Under the pieces are notes generated by a model. The model saw nothing but the letters and a program-made list of their open reading frames with translations, made no database searches and was not told the origin of the DNA. Below, one piece after another: positions 9,274-18,905 of a stretch of 64,000 nucleotides of DNA; within the stretch, counting starts at the first letter, position 1, and every line of letters starts with the position of its first letter. Location: positions 62,001 through 126,000 of the IMG/VR virus record IMGVR_UViG_3300020473_000013. One strand, written 5' to 3'. The position numbers and the translations under genes were made by a program.

Positions 9274-10071
9274 TCAGGAGTCGAGCTGGCGCGCCCAGTA
9301 GCCGGGGTCGGTCTTGTCGGGTTCTTCTCCGCCGCTGGACTTATCGCGATTGTCGAACTTCACGAGGACGGTCTTGCCGTTAGGGTTGGTGACGTAGACG
9401 CCGTACTCCTTATCAGAGTCCCTGAGGCGAAACGGGCGATTGAGTCGGACTCCTTCCCCTTCGTGCTCCCCAACCGTGCTACCCGACAAGGACTCGAAAC
9501 CTTTAGGTAAACGGCTAAGCCGCGTCTCGGGTTTGACACCCTTAATACGGCGATTGAACCAGCGGCCTTGTGAAGCGGCTCGCTCAAGGGCTCGGGCCTC
9601 CTTCAATGTAACTTCGTCGTATTCCCACAGAGCACCGTTACGGAACTTGACGTAGAGCTTGTTCTCTTTGGAGTCGTGGTACAACTCAGAAAACATGGAG
9701 CTATCCGTGATAAGATGCTTGCGGCCTTTGCTATCCCGTCGGCGCGCTCGCATTTCTTTCTTGTCCTTACCTCCGTCGTACGGAAGGACCTTGTAGCGTC
9801 CGATCTTGCCTTCGTATCCTTTCGAGTTCTCGATGATTCGCTTGGCGTCAGCGGGCTTGAGCTTAAACTGGACAGAGCGCTCGTCCTCGTGAAGGACATA
9901 GACGTGCCCGCGGTGAGACTTGATTCCGAACTTCTCACCCTTGAGGAACTCTACCTCGTACTCCTCCTTGTCGGACCCGGTCAGGTGAAGGGTGGCCTTG
10001 CGACCACCATATTCCAACCAGCGATACTTTCTCGGGTCGCGCTTCGTTGCTGCTGAGATTCCGATATACAT
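9274..10071 (-). CDS. Multi-domain KTSC-domain protein
   Basis: Central SSMFSELYHD..ENKLYVKFRNGALWEY.EV....A..L..A.SQGRWFN..IK is KTSC; N-terminus resembles the SprT protein; C-terminal RLNRPFR...YGVYV.NP.G..V.V.F motif. Confidence 0.7.
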   Translation of the reverse strand: MYIGISAATKRDPRKYRWLEYGGRKATLHLTGSDKEEYEVEFLKGEKFGIKSHRGHVYVLHEDERSVQFKLKPADAKRIIENSKGYEGKIGRYKVLPYDGGKDKKEMRARRRDSKGRKHLITDSSMFSELYHDSKENKLYVKFRNGALWEYDEVTLKEARALERAASQGRWFNRRIKGVKPETRLSRLPKGFESLSGSTVGEHEGEGVRLNRPFRLRDSDKEYGVYVTNPNGKTVLVKFDNRDKSSGGEEPDKTDPGYWARQLDS

Positions 10072-10110
10072 GGCTGCGTCCTCTTTGTGTTTGAGAGCGT
10101 TGGACCAAAA

Positions 10111-12321
10111 TTATCGACCGCGGCGAATGACTCCGAGATTGCCCTCGAAAGACGTACCGTTGCCACCGCCTAACGCACGCCCGCCTCCAGAACCTAGCTT
10201 GGATACAGCGAATGCTTGAGGCCGGAAACGCTCATCCTCCTCATCGGCTTCGGGTAGCATCATGAACTCGTCGTATTTCTCGTTGGTTAGACCCCACACC
10301 AACAAGCACAGCGCACGCCACAGATCATCCGTCAGACCGTCGCCCTTGTTTACCTGGGTACCTGTATCCTGAACGGTGAGGGCTTGGAGTACGAAATGCT
10401 CCATCGGGTAGCCCTTATAGCAGTGTGGGTATACGTCCGCATCGAAGTGCATGGCATCATCGACGCTCTTGGTCTCCTTGCTCATGCGAGGGAGCTTGAG
10501 CGATCCTGCCTCGAGGAATGAGCGTGTCAGGCCGATGTCTTTGTACTTGAGGGAATACTGCTCGGCCACGATGTCCAGACCTTGCTCGATGTCCTGCAGA
10601 ATCTTGACGCTGTTCCAACGGTCAGCCAGCACAACCTGAGTGTTCTGGAAGGACATTACCTCTTCCAGCACCTCCTCCATGATCATCGTGTAGTTGAGAG
10701 GAATGCCTTGCTCAGGCATGATTTCAAACATCAGGTTGATCTGGACCTCACCCATGTCGTTAAGGCGGCCAACCACACACGCGAAGCTATTGTTGGTATA
10801 GCCTGCGTCGATGGCGAGCATGGTAGGCTTGCGACACTTGCCGACCTTCTCGACCTCGGCCCACTTGGTAGCGCTACCCTTACGCTTGCGATTCTTCACC
10901 TTGTCGCGGAGCTTGATCTTGTTTGGCTTATCGCCCAGAGCCTTGGCCAGCCAGTCCTTGTTCGTGATATAAGGGTTGGCAGACAGAGGAGGGTTAGCGC
11001 CGTAGTCGCGCTCAGCGTCAAGCGGGTTCTTCTGGTACTCCGACGTGATGACCTTACTGGTCTTAGGCAGCGTCGGGTTCACCTCCCATGTAGGACGCAG
11101 GATGCCATACATGGTATCACTGTCCATGGACTGGCGAACCAGCTCACATATCTTGTCGCGTTGACTGGAGGGCGACGAGACATTCATGGAGTAGCCCGTG
11201 AGGATGTTATCGAAGCCGCTGTTAATCAGACGGTCGGCGGCGCCACGAACGGTCAGCAGGGAGCGATCCAGCGCCGTGTATACCTCTCGGGCACTCGTCT
11301 TCACCTTCTTACTGTCGGCGGCGTTATCGAACCAACCGATCTCATCGATGCCTGCAAAGATTCGAGTACGACCACGAAGAACACGCTTGTCAGGCCCTGC
11401 CGGATAGAACATCAGGGAGCGCGGACGATACACCACGAAGGTGTCATTAAACTTAAGGAGAGACTGCCCGTACTGCTCCTCGTAGTACCGCAACATGCCG
11501 TGATAGCCCTTGAACCACTCGGACTCGCACAGAGTACCGTAGTAGAACTCCCAAAGCGTCTCCTTGGCCTGCGCGTAGGTGAGGGCCACGAACGTGCCGT
11601 GCAGCATAGTCGAGCCTGCGATCCCGTACACGTCGTTAGGCTTCTGCATCTTGAGTACGCGGTGGGTCAGATATGGCGTGAGCATGCCTCCTGTCGCCGC
11701 AGACTTACCAGAACGCTGCCCAGCACACACCGCCAGCTCCTGATAGAACGGCATTTCACCGCTGCGCACCATGTCGGACTTCTTAGCATGGCACGACGGG
11801 CAGACACCATGCTCCAGCAAACAGATTTTCTTCTCGAAGTGGGCGAAAGTATCGTTGGCCAGGTGTGTCTCAAACAGGTAGGTGTTGTCGCTACATCGAG
11901 GACACCACTCCCCATATACCACGATTCCCCAGATCAACTGCTCAAGGAAAGGCGTCATGACGGTGCCGGCGAAGTGGTCCTTCATTACCCACTCATAGAA
12001 GTTCTTGGCGAGCGGGAAATCACCGTCGTCGATCTTCACATCCTTCGGCACCAGCGAGTTCTCATCGAGGACACTGCGTACCATGGACGATATATCCACC
12101 TCCCGTGATAACATGTCGGCATCGAACGAACCGATGGAGCGGGATGCCCCTCCGGCTCCTAGCGTGGAAGGATCGAAGTCATCGCCTTTAGAGTCAGGCT
12201 TGTTCTTCAATCCCCGTAGGAAGTCGAAAGGGTCTCCGTTATGGTCAACCAGCAGGTTGTCATAGTCGAGCGGTTCGGGAACCGTAGCGACCTCTCGCTT
12301 TTTCCGGTCTTTGATTTTCAT
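10111..12321 (-). CDS. terL: Terminase large subunit
   Basis: Walker A AGQRSGKS, Walker B FAGIDEIG, nuclease LAIDAG; two CxxC motifs near the N-terminus; start at MKIKDR (RBS GAGG). Confidence 0.88.
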   Translation of the reverse strand: MKIKDRKKREVATVPEPLDYDNLLVDHNGDPFDFLRGLKNKPDSKGDDFDPSTLGAGGASRSIGSFDADMLSREVDISSMVRSVLDENSLVPKDVKIDDGDFPLAKNFYEWVMKDHFAGTVMTPFLEQLIWGIVVYGEWCPRCSDNTYLFETHLANDTFAHFEKKICLLEHGVCPSCHAKKSDMVRSGEMPFYQELAVCAGQRSGKSAATGGMLTPYLTHRVLKMQKPNDVYGIAGSTMLHGTFVALTYAQAKETLWEFYYGTLCESEWFKGYHGMLRYYEEQYGQSLLKFNDTFVVYRPRSLMFYPAGPDKRVLRGRTRIFAGIDEIGWFDNAADSKKVKTSAREVYTALDRSLLTVRGAADRLINSGFDNILTGYSMNVSSPSSQRDKICELVRQSMDSDTMYGILRPTWEVNPTLPKTSKVITSEYQKNPLDAERDYGANPPLSANPYITNKDWLAKALGDKPNKIKLRDKVKNRKRKGSATKWAEVEKVGKCRKPTMLAIDAGYTNNSFACVVGRLNDMGEVQINLMFEIMPEQGIPLNYTMIMEEVLEEVMSFQNTQVVLADRWNSVKILQDIEQGLDIVAEQYSLKYKDIGLTRSFLEAGSLKLPRMSKETKSVDDAMHFDADVYPHCYKGYPMEHFVLQALTVQDTGTQVNKGDGLTDDLWRALCLLVWGLTNEKYDEFMMLPEADEEDERFRPQAFAVSKLGSGGGRALGGGNGTSFEGNLGVIRRGR

Positions 12322-12347
12322 ACGAACCTCTAAAATGGAATACAAAC

Positions 12348-12373
12348 GCAAAAACCCGGCGCGGAGGCCGGGT
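12348..12373 (-). terminator. Rho-independent terminator
   Basis: ACCCGGC/GCCGGGT stem plus T5 on the minus strand. Confidence 0.7.
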
Positions 12374-12385
12374 CAATGGTGCTGA

Positions 12386-13333
12386 TTACAAATTGTCAGT
12401 GCGGACTCCGGCGTCCTGCCTCTCGTTGAAGGCGTGCTGGTCATCCACTTTATCGCTCGTAGGCGGGCTCACGCCTCCACCGCTTGACCGCTTACGAACA
12501 ACACCAAGCTGACCAGCCAAGTCAGGTTGCGCGGCTGGTGCCGGATTTTCTTCCGACCCTCCTTTCATACGTGCCTGAAGGTTCTTCAACACCGAGTTAT
12601 ACTTCTCGCTGGTGAGCGCCTTGTTGATTGAGGTGTGAGCATCCTCTGCCAGTTTCTCCGTCAGCACTCGCATGAACCGGGACTTAATAGGTTCGGGCAA
12701 CGACATCCGATCCATGTACTCGGAGATCATGTTGAGGCGCATCATGTGAGAAATAACCTCAGACACTGAGGCGTCAATCTCCACAGTTATTCCAAGCCCA
12801 TCGCGAAGGATGGCCTCGACATTGGAACTGGCGTCGTCATAGGACATGAGCAACGCCGCACCTTCGCGCAACATCTTGTCCTGCACCGCGGCAGTCGTCT
12901 CGTTGCTAGCGGAGGTTACCTTGTCGAGGTCTTCCTGGCTATAGGTCACAAGGTTCTCGATGTTGAATCGACCTTCCGCATCACGCTCGGGAGAAGCCTC
13001 ATCATTGAACACGATGTCGGGATTGATGCCGAACAACGGGTGTCTCCGAGGTCCGTCCCCGTCAGGAATCTCAGTGAACGTGTGGTAGTCGTTCTCCGGC
13101 TCAGGCTGACGTATAGGAGAGGGCGCTTTAACGGCGAACGGAAGAGGGTTGGTCTTCCTGTTCGTGTGCTTTGCCGTCTCACGCGAAAAGCGGCGATGAT
13201 CGCCGCTTGTCTCAACACGTTTAAAAGGCCTGTATCTCACCGGCTTACTAGCTGTAGGTACAACGTCGTCCGGCATGGGAGCCGTATTGCCGAAGATGTA
13301 CTCTGGCCCATCAGGCTCTTGATCTCCAAACAT
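12386..13333 (-). CDS. Hypothetical protein (position compatible with terminase small subunit, unproven)
   Basis: Start at MFGDQE (RBS GAGGAG); between helicase and terL. Confidence 0.6.
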   Translation of the reverse strand: MFGDQEPDGPEYIFGNTAPMPDDVVPTASKPVRYRPFKRVETSGDHRRFSRETAKHTNRKTNPLPFAVKAPSPIRQPEPENDYHTFTEIPDGDGPRRHPLFGINPDIVFNDEASPERDAEGRFNIENLVTYSQEDLDKVTSASNETTAAVQDKMLREGAALLMSYDDASSNVEAILRDGLGITVEIDASVSEVISHMMRLNMISEYMDRMSLPEPIKSRFMRVLTEKLAEDAHTSINKALTSEKYNSVLKNLQARMKGGSEENPAPAAQPDLAGQLGVVRKRSSGGGVSPPTSDKVDDQHAFNERQDAGVRTDNL

Positions 13334-13343
13334 TAGGCTCTCC

Positions 13344-14717
13344 TCAGGACAGTGCGTAGTCGTCTTCGTCTTCGGCAGCCTCTGAATCATCTTCGGCATT
13401 CAGGTCGATGTCGTCTCCAGACTCATCATCGTCATCACCGTACCCTGAATCACCTTCGATGTTCTCGGCCATCATGATGTCGAAGCGCTCACCAAGCTCG
13501 AATGTGAACAGCTCACCATCACGTGCCTTGTCCACGTTTATGGGCAGGATACGGATTTCCCGCTGCTCCTTCTTCGAGTAGTTCCACGACCACATAACAT
13601 CAGCGTGCTCCTTCATACCGCGGGAGTACCTGATCTTGTCCGTGTCGGCATCAAGCTGACACAGGATGATGACCAAACACTTGTTCTCACGGCTGAACAC
13701 CTTGGCTTCACGCACGATGGAGCTGAGGATTCGCCACTGGTTATCTTCGTCCACACCTTCCAAGAGTGAAACGTAGTCGATACCCACGACGTCCAGACCG
13801 TATGGCTTGACGATGCGCAACGCCTCGTCGATCCGAATACCGCGTGTCGGACTGACGGAGGTGAACACGCAGTCGTTGTCCTCCCCGTGTTGCTTGAACT
13901 TGTCGTAGGCCTTCTTGATGCGTTGCTTTTCTTTGGGGCTGAGCTTCTGCTGTTTGATCTTCCAGAATGGGACCTTGGAAAGGCGGGAAAGCATACGCTG
14001 CATTTCCTGCTCGTCACCCATTTCCAGGGAGATACGACCGACCCGCTTATTAGACTCCAGGTAGAGGTTCACCAGCAGGTTCATCAGAACAGTAGACTTA
14101 CCGCCTGACGTGGTGGCGGCTATGATCATTACGCCTTCGTCAGGCAGGCCGCCGTTCCGTGTGTCGTATTTCGTGAAACCAGTCTTGATCATCTGGTCCA
14201 CGACTTTGTTGAGGACATTATGCACTAGGTCGTCGGCGTTGTTGTTCTTACCGATGACGACGAACTGATCCTCCTCGTTGATGTCGCGGCGTGCCTTCGT
14301 CAATCGGTCAGCGATTGTGTCCAACAGGCCGTTGATGTCAACGGAATCCCCTTCAATCTTTTCCAAGGCCGAATTGGCCGTGTCATATACAATACGAATC
14401 TTGCGGTACTCGTCGAGCTGGCCAACCATGCGTTCGATGGCTTTCTTGTTCTTGCAGGACTTCATGTCCGTATCCCGCAAGATGTCCCGAAAGTCCTCTT
14501 CCAGCGCAGGGTCTTCCATCAGGTCAGAGAAGTCTACAATCTCGAACCGCTTCCGAGCGATAACGTCGATTCGATTGAATGCAGCGGCGCACGGAGGATA
14601 GTGGAAATACTCCTTGTTCAACTTGCCTAGCAACGTGCTCCTGACAGTCTCCGGAATCTTGGAGTTGGTCAGCGTCACTATGCAGCGCATTTCCATATCT
14701 TGTGAGTAAAGCTGCAT
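13344..14717 (-). CDS. dnaB: DnaB-like replicative helicase
   Basis: Walker A ATTSGGKST, ISLEM, VVGIDYVSLL, ILCQL, RYSRGMKEHAD. Confidence 0.9.
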   Translation of the reverse strand: MQLYSQDMEMRCIVTLTNSKIPETVRSTLLGKLNKEYFHYPPCAAAFNRIDVIARKRFEIVDFSDLMEDPALEEDFRDILRDTDMKSCKNKKAIERMVGQLDEYRKIRIVYDTANSALEKIEGDSVDINGLLDTIADRLTKARRDINEEDQFVVIGKNNNADDLVHNVLNKVVDQMIKTGFTKYDTRNGGLPDEGVMIIAATTSGGKSTVLMNLLVNLYLESNKRVGRISLEMGDEQEMQRMLSRLSKVPFWKIKQQKLSPKEKQRIKKAYDKFKQHGEDNDCVFTSVSPTRGIRIDEALRIVKPYGLDVVGIDYVSLLEGVDEDNQWRILSSIVREAKVFSRENKCLVIILCQLDADTDKIRYSRGMKEHADVMWSWNYSKKEQREIRILPINVDKARDGELFTFELGERFDIMMAENIEGDSGYGDDDDESGDDIDLNAEDDSEAAEDEDDYALS

Positions 14718-14731
14718 CTTCGGCGCTCCAG

Positions 14732-15148
14732 TTAGGCATTACCTGTGTTGATTTCCGCCAGTTCCGGGCAGTCATTGGAAACGTAGTCTGACCAAGCGCC
14801 GATTACGTCCTGCTTGTTCTTGCGGAGGCGGAGATGGATGATCTGGCGATTCGACTCCTGTTGAGGACGATTGCGCAGATGGTATTTGGAAACAGCACCG
14901 AAGATGCGACGGTTCGCCAGAGCGTTAACTGCGATCTCCACGTCTTCGGGCTTCAAGGAGAACTCGTTGTCGAGACGCCACTGGAGCTTATTTGTGGTGA
15001 TGCCGCTGTTCTCCTTGATTGTGGTGTACACCACGTAGAGAAGAAAGCGACGAAACTTCTCGGTGTTCTCCGAGGGAAACATGTTGAAGTAGAGTTGCTC
15101 CGCGGTGTGGACCCGCGAAGCGATCTCCTGGGCGGCTTGAACGTCCAT
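14732..15148 (-). CDS. Hypothetical protein (possible winged helix)
   Basis: ORF in operon; helical pattern. Confidence 0.6.
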   Translation of the reverse strand: MDVQAAQEIASRVHTAEQLYFNMFPSENTEKFRRFLLYVVYTTIKENSGITTNKLQWRLDNEFSLKPEDVEIAVNALANRRIFGAVSKYHLRNRPQQESNRQIIHLRLRKNKQDVIGAWSDYVSNDCPELAEINTGNA

Positions 15149-16299
15149 TATTTTGACTCCGAAAATTTTTCAGGGTAAGCGACTCGGGCGATATACTTCA
15201 TGAAATTACGAGCGCGATTCTCCGCGAGGCTCAGGAAGTCGCACACCTCTTTTAGGTATCCGTCCTCTCCTGCAATCTCCCCAAAGTCCACGTTGTCTTG
15301 GTCCGGGGCGATCTTATCCTTCTCGCGGAGGAATGCGGTAAACTCCGAGTGCTCTTGCAAGGCGATCAACATGATGAATACCTTGCGTTTCTGGGTCTTT
15401 CCGAATCGTTGCAACAACATCTGGAACGTCATATCGGACTCTTGCCTCGTCGTTTCCTCGGAAGCGGAATCCGAACTGCGCATCGTCTCATAGCTGGCGT
15501 TGTCCAATCCAAAGGTTTTGAACAACTGGTTCTCGGACATCACGGGTATCTCGTAGTGGTGTCCTCCAAACCCATCCGACGCACCTTGCACCATGCGCTG
15601 CCTCTTCTGCGTGGTGTAAGACTTGATCATATTGGTGGTGTGATTGCTCACGGACGAACGCAGGTAGTTAGCTATGTGCAACTCCGTCTTATCCGTCGGC
15701 ACCATCTTGATATACGTCTGGAGTGCCTTGCACATCAGCTCCATGTGGAGGTCATAGAACTCCATGTTGGAGCTAACGCTTACGAACCGCAGCTTGGTAT
15801 AGGTACGGTTCTTGATATGCTTCATGAGCGATGGATAGATATTGTCGAACGTGCGGAACACTCCTTTGAATGCACGCTTGTCGATCTGGTCCTTCTCGAT
15901 CTTGGATAACCTGTCGGAATTCCGAAGCTCGGTACGCAGGCCTCGCTGTTGGAACACCTTCTTTAAGAGGACAACATCGTTCCGAAGAATCCCGAAGTCC
16001 TCTTTAAACTTGGTCAGGTTGTTCCGTGTCATGCCGCGCTTGATCACGTTCAAGCAAAAGAACTTGATGTTCAAATGCAGGTAAGACGTGTCCGACAAAT
16101 AGAGGCGGAACCTCTGAGGGCTCGACCCCACAGCGTGGAAGTCGAAGGCTTCCTTGAACCGCCGCTGGCAAGCGTAAGCATCATCGACGCCGATAACGTA
16201 ACGCACGATGGTAGTGGCGAGACTGAGGAGTTCAGGGCTGTTCGGCGTTAAGCCCAACTCGGTCAAAGTCTCGTATAGCGATTGTGTTGGCTCAGACAT
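15148..16299 (-). CDS. Hypothetical protein, weak sigma region-2-like segment
   Basis: DLHMELMCKALQTY....ELHIANYLRSSVSNHTTNMIK loosely parallels sigma region 2. Confidence 0.55.
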   Translation of the reverse strand: MSEPTQSLYETLTELGLTPNSPELLSLATTIVRYVIGVDDAYACQRRFKEAFDFHAVGSSPQRFRLYLSDTSYLHLNIKFFCLNVIKRGMTRNNLTKFKEDFGILRNDVVLLKKVFQQRGLRTELRNSDRLSKIEKDQIDKRAFKGVFRTFDNIYPSLMKHIKNRTYTKLRFVSVSSNMEFYDLHMELMCKALQTYIKMVPTDKTELHIANYLRSSVSNHTTNMIKSYTTQKRQRMVQGASDGFGGHHYEIPVMSENQLFKTFGLDNASYETMRSSDSASEETTRQESDMTFQMLLQRFGKTQKRKVFIMLIALQEHSEFTAFLREKDKIAPDQDNVDFGEIAGEDGYLKEVCDFLSLAENRARNFMKYIARVAYPEKFSESK

Positions 16300-16352
16300 T
16301 TCATCCTCTGGTAGTCATGCAATGAGAGTGGCGGTCCGGACTACCAGTCGGA

Positions 16353-17186
16353 TTAGGAAACGTCTATCTCGCTCACGCCACCTTTCTGACGCTTGGTCGA
16401 GGTCTTCTTGGCCTTCTTCTTTTTCTTCTTGCTGCCGGAGACCTCGTAACCACTTTCGATTGCACTGACAATGCTGACCAGATCGTTGGGGCCTGAGGCC
16501 TTAGACTTTTTCACCTTGTTGGACTTGAAGACCTTGTCGATGGTGGGAATTTCACCCACGTCGATCTGATCGGTAAGCCCAAGCTCGTACTCCTCCAGGC
16601 AACGAAGGTGCTTGCTCACATGCTTCTGGACATCAGGGTCCGTGTACCTAGCCTTCTTGATCATCCGTTCGCGGATAGGCTCGAACTGCTCGTCGGTGTG
16701 GACGGCCTCTCGTGCCTTTCCTGCGAAAGTCATGGTCAACTTACCATCACGACTGGTGACACGGATGACATCACGATCTGCGTACATGATGTACGCGGAC
16801 ATGAAGTTGGACAGGTAGTTGGAACGAGCCAAGCCCCTGTACCGAACATACACTTTCATGCCCATCTGGAAACCAGCGGCGCGTGTCTGTTTCTCGCGCA
16901 TGATCAAGGCACCGAGCTTACGCAACTGGTTATCATCGACGGAGGCGACCATACGGCTAATGCCGATGAAGGTTTCCTCGTCCTCGACGATAGATGACAA
17001 CTCGTTGGTGTTGGGCACAAACTGCTGGCACGGCTTTTGTGATTCGATGACTCCGCGTTCAGAGCACAGCTTTTTATCCCGTACTATCTCGCAATCGAAA
17101 CCGACGCAATCACCACAGGTCGGACGTTGATTTTTTAGGGAGTCTACGACCTTTGCTTCGATTTGGTTCTTCATGGTGCCCATCAA
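16353..17186 (-). CDS. Hypothetical protein with Cys-rich N-terminus and Lys-rich tail
   Basis: CGDC..C...C...C cluster. Confidence 0.65.
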   Translation of the reverse strand: MMGTMKNQIEAKVVDSLKNQRPTCGDCVGFDCEIVRDKKLCSERGVIESQKPCQQFVPNTNELSSIVEDEETFIGISRMVASVDDNQLRKLGALIMREKQTRAAGFQMGMKVYVRYRGLARSNYLSNFMSAYIMYADRDVIRVTSRDGKLTMTFAGKAREAVHTDEQFEPIRERMIKKARYTDPDVQKHVSKHLRCLEEYELGLTDQIDVGEIPTIDKVFKSNKVKKSKASGPNDLVSIVSAIESGYEVSGSKKKKKKAKKTSTKRQKGGVSEIDVS

Positions 17187-17622
17187 TCAATCCCCTAGCT
17201 TTGAGCGTTTCCGCTATACAATACAAAACGGTATCCTGCAGATTGGTCACGCCGTCCAAGTCCTGCTTCAGGAGCTTGAGGGCTTTGTGCATCTGTCCCG
17301 GAACCTCAACATGTAGTTTGTATCCTTTATCATCCCCTTCAACGGGAGGATTCAGGATAGCATCAACCAGAATACTCAGATACGGCTGCGCCCGCTCCGC
17401 GTTCTCTGGTGAACTCCAGTACCGACGGCGTATGGGCCTGCCGGTACGTACTTTGGCAACGACGGCCTCGGCGTGCGCGTGAAGCACATTGTGGCAGTCG
17501 GAGCATAGAGGTATCTGTAAGCTGTCTTGTCCTCCCAAGGCTTGGGGCACGGTATGGTGCCAGTGTAACAGGGAAAAGTATTCGGTGCAAATCGAACAGT
17601 GCCCGCTCTTGTACTTCTCCAT
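17110..17622 (-). CDS. HNH endonuclease family protein
   Basis: CSIC...HWHHTVP.ALGG......LCSDCHNVLH. Confidence 0.8.
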   Translation of the reverse strand: MEKYKSGHCSICTEYFSLLHWHHTVPQALGGQDSLQIPLCSDCHNVLHAHAEAVVAKVRTGRPIRRRYWSSPENAERAQPYLSILVDAILNPPVEGDDKGYKLHVEVPGQMHKALKLLKQDLDGVTNLQDTVLYCIAETLKARGLIDGHHEEPNRSKGRRLPKKSTSDLW

Positions 17623-17634
17623 GTGCAGGCACCC

Positions 17635-18696
17635 TCATAGCACGGCCGCCGCTTCGCGTGACCACGGGAAACCCCACTGGAAGTTCGACAGGTTACCTGT
17701 GCGCTCGAACATCTTGTAGGTGTTGCGTGGCATGATCCATGCGAAGGCGATCTTACCGTTTTGAGGGTTACCCTCGAAGTGCGAGGACACGAGGACGTAA
17801 TCCTCATCGGACATGCCGTTGATCTGATCCACGACCTCGAGAACGAACTGCTCCTGCATAGTCTGGTGCTTGGCTCTACGCTTGCGCGCCTTGAGTCCTT
17901 GAACCCTGACAGCATCTTCGCCCGTCTTCCGGCCTTTATATTCGGTGGCCTTGACAAGATCGAACGCCAACAGGTATTGCTTTTCGAGTACAGGGAACGA
18001 GTCGTCGATGTAGCTGAACTCGATGCCAGTCTTCCTAAGGAAGGAGGGAGTCATAAGACGGAAGTCTACGAACGGCACAACCGGCATCTGCACCAGTTGG
18101 AATAGACGACCTTTGAGCGAGGTGGGAAGCTTGGTCTTGTGCTTCAGGTAACCCTTCATGGCTTTCTGAGCCTCAGGGTCAGGACCGTGGTTCGCGGAAT
18201 CTTCGGCTTCCTCAGCGCGCTTGCCTGCGCCTTTGAGGATTTTCGCCGCGTCGCGACTACCCTTGGTCTGGGACAGGTGCCTCGCTTCTCGTTCGAGGTC
18301 TTCCTCAGTCATACCAGACGGATAGAAGGTCTGAGCAATTTCGACCAGCTTGTCTTTGGAGGGCTTGATGTGGGAACGAACCAGATTCCGGAACTTGGTG
18401 AGGTTCAGCTCACCGTTGTCGATTCCTGATTCGATGGCGTCGATGTTACGGAGTAGCTCACGCATCGGCTTCTTGAGGCCTGCCATTGCTTTGGCGGATG
18501 CGGCGCTTGCCGGGGAAGTGGATCGACGCTGTAATGTGTCCATGAAGCCTTTGGTGGCTTCGCGTTGTTTCTGGAGCTCCGCACGGATCGCAGAGATTTT
18601 CCGAAGCTCGTTCTTACCGACGGCGGTGACAAACTTTGCCAGACCGTTGATCTGATCGACCATGCGGTCGAAGAGGTACTTCTCAACTTCTCTCAT
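17635..18696 (-). CDS. Hypothetical protein
   Basis: 353 aa ORF, phage-like codon usage. Confidence 0.7.
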   Translation of the reverse strand: MREVEKYLFDRMVDQINGLAKFVTAVGKNELRKISAIRAELQKQREATKGFMDTLQRRSTSPASAASAKAMAGLKKPMRELLRNIDAIESGIDNGELNLTKFRNLVRSHIKPSKDKLVEIAQTFYPSGMTEEDLEREARHLSQTKGSRDAAKILKGAGKRAEEAEDSANHGPDPEAQKAMKGYLKHKTKLPTSLKGRLFQLVQMPVVPFVDFRLMTPSFLRKTGIEFSYIDDSFPVLEKQYLLAFDLVKATEYKGRKTGEDAVRVQGLKARKRRAKHQTMQEQFVLEVVDQINGMSDEDYVLVSSHFEGNPQNGKIAFAWIMPRNTYKMFERTGNLSNFQWGFPWSREAAAVL

Positions 18697-18780
18697 TGTC
18701 GCACCTATATGATGATACGCCGAAACGTATGGATGACACCTGATAAATTAGCATAGCGAACTGCTAAATTATAAGCGTGA

Positions 18781-18895
18781 TAGAGCCCGCGAGGGCTAGG
18801 GCGCTGAGCGCCGCTTAAAAAGGACCCCGACTGTCAGGGCGCTTCACGCTTCCTGCAAGGAGAAACAGTAGCGTGCAGAACAGTCCGGGGCCAAG
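18781..18895. ncRNA. Candidate structured RNA or complex terminator
   Basis: Intergenic; hairpins AGCCC-GCGA-GGGCT and GGCGC-TGA-GCGCC; multibranch stem CCCCGACTGT/ACAGTCCGGGG enclosing CACGCT/AGCGTG and TCCT/AGGA. Confidence 0.35.
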
Positions 18896-18905
18896 GATCG
18901 AACCG

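Noticed and set aside
10111-12321. Inteins in terL, the helicase or RecA
   Set aside because: No C/S-start, HN-C/S/T end or LAGLIDADG blocks; size differences are explained by tails and small insertions
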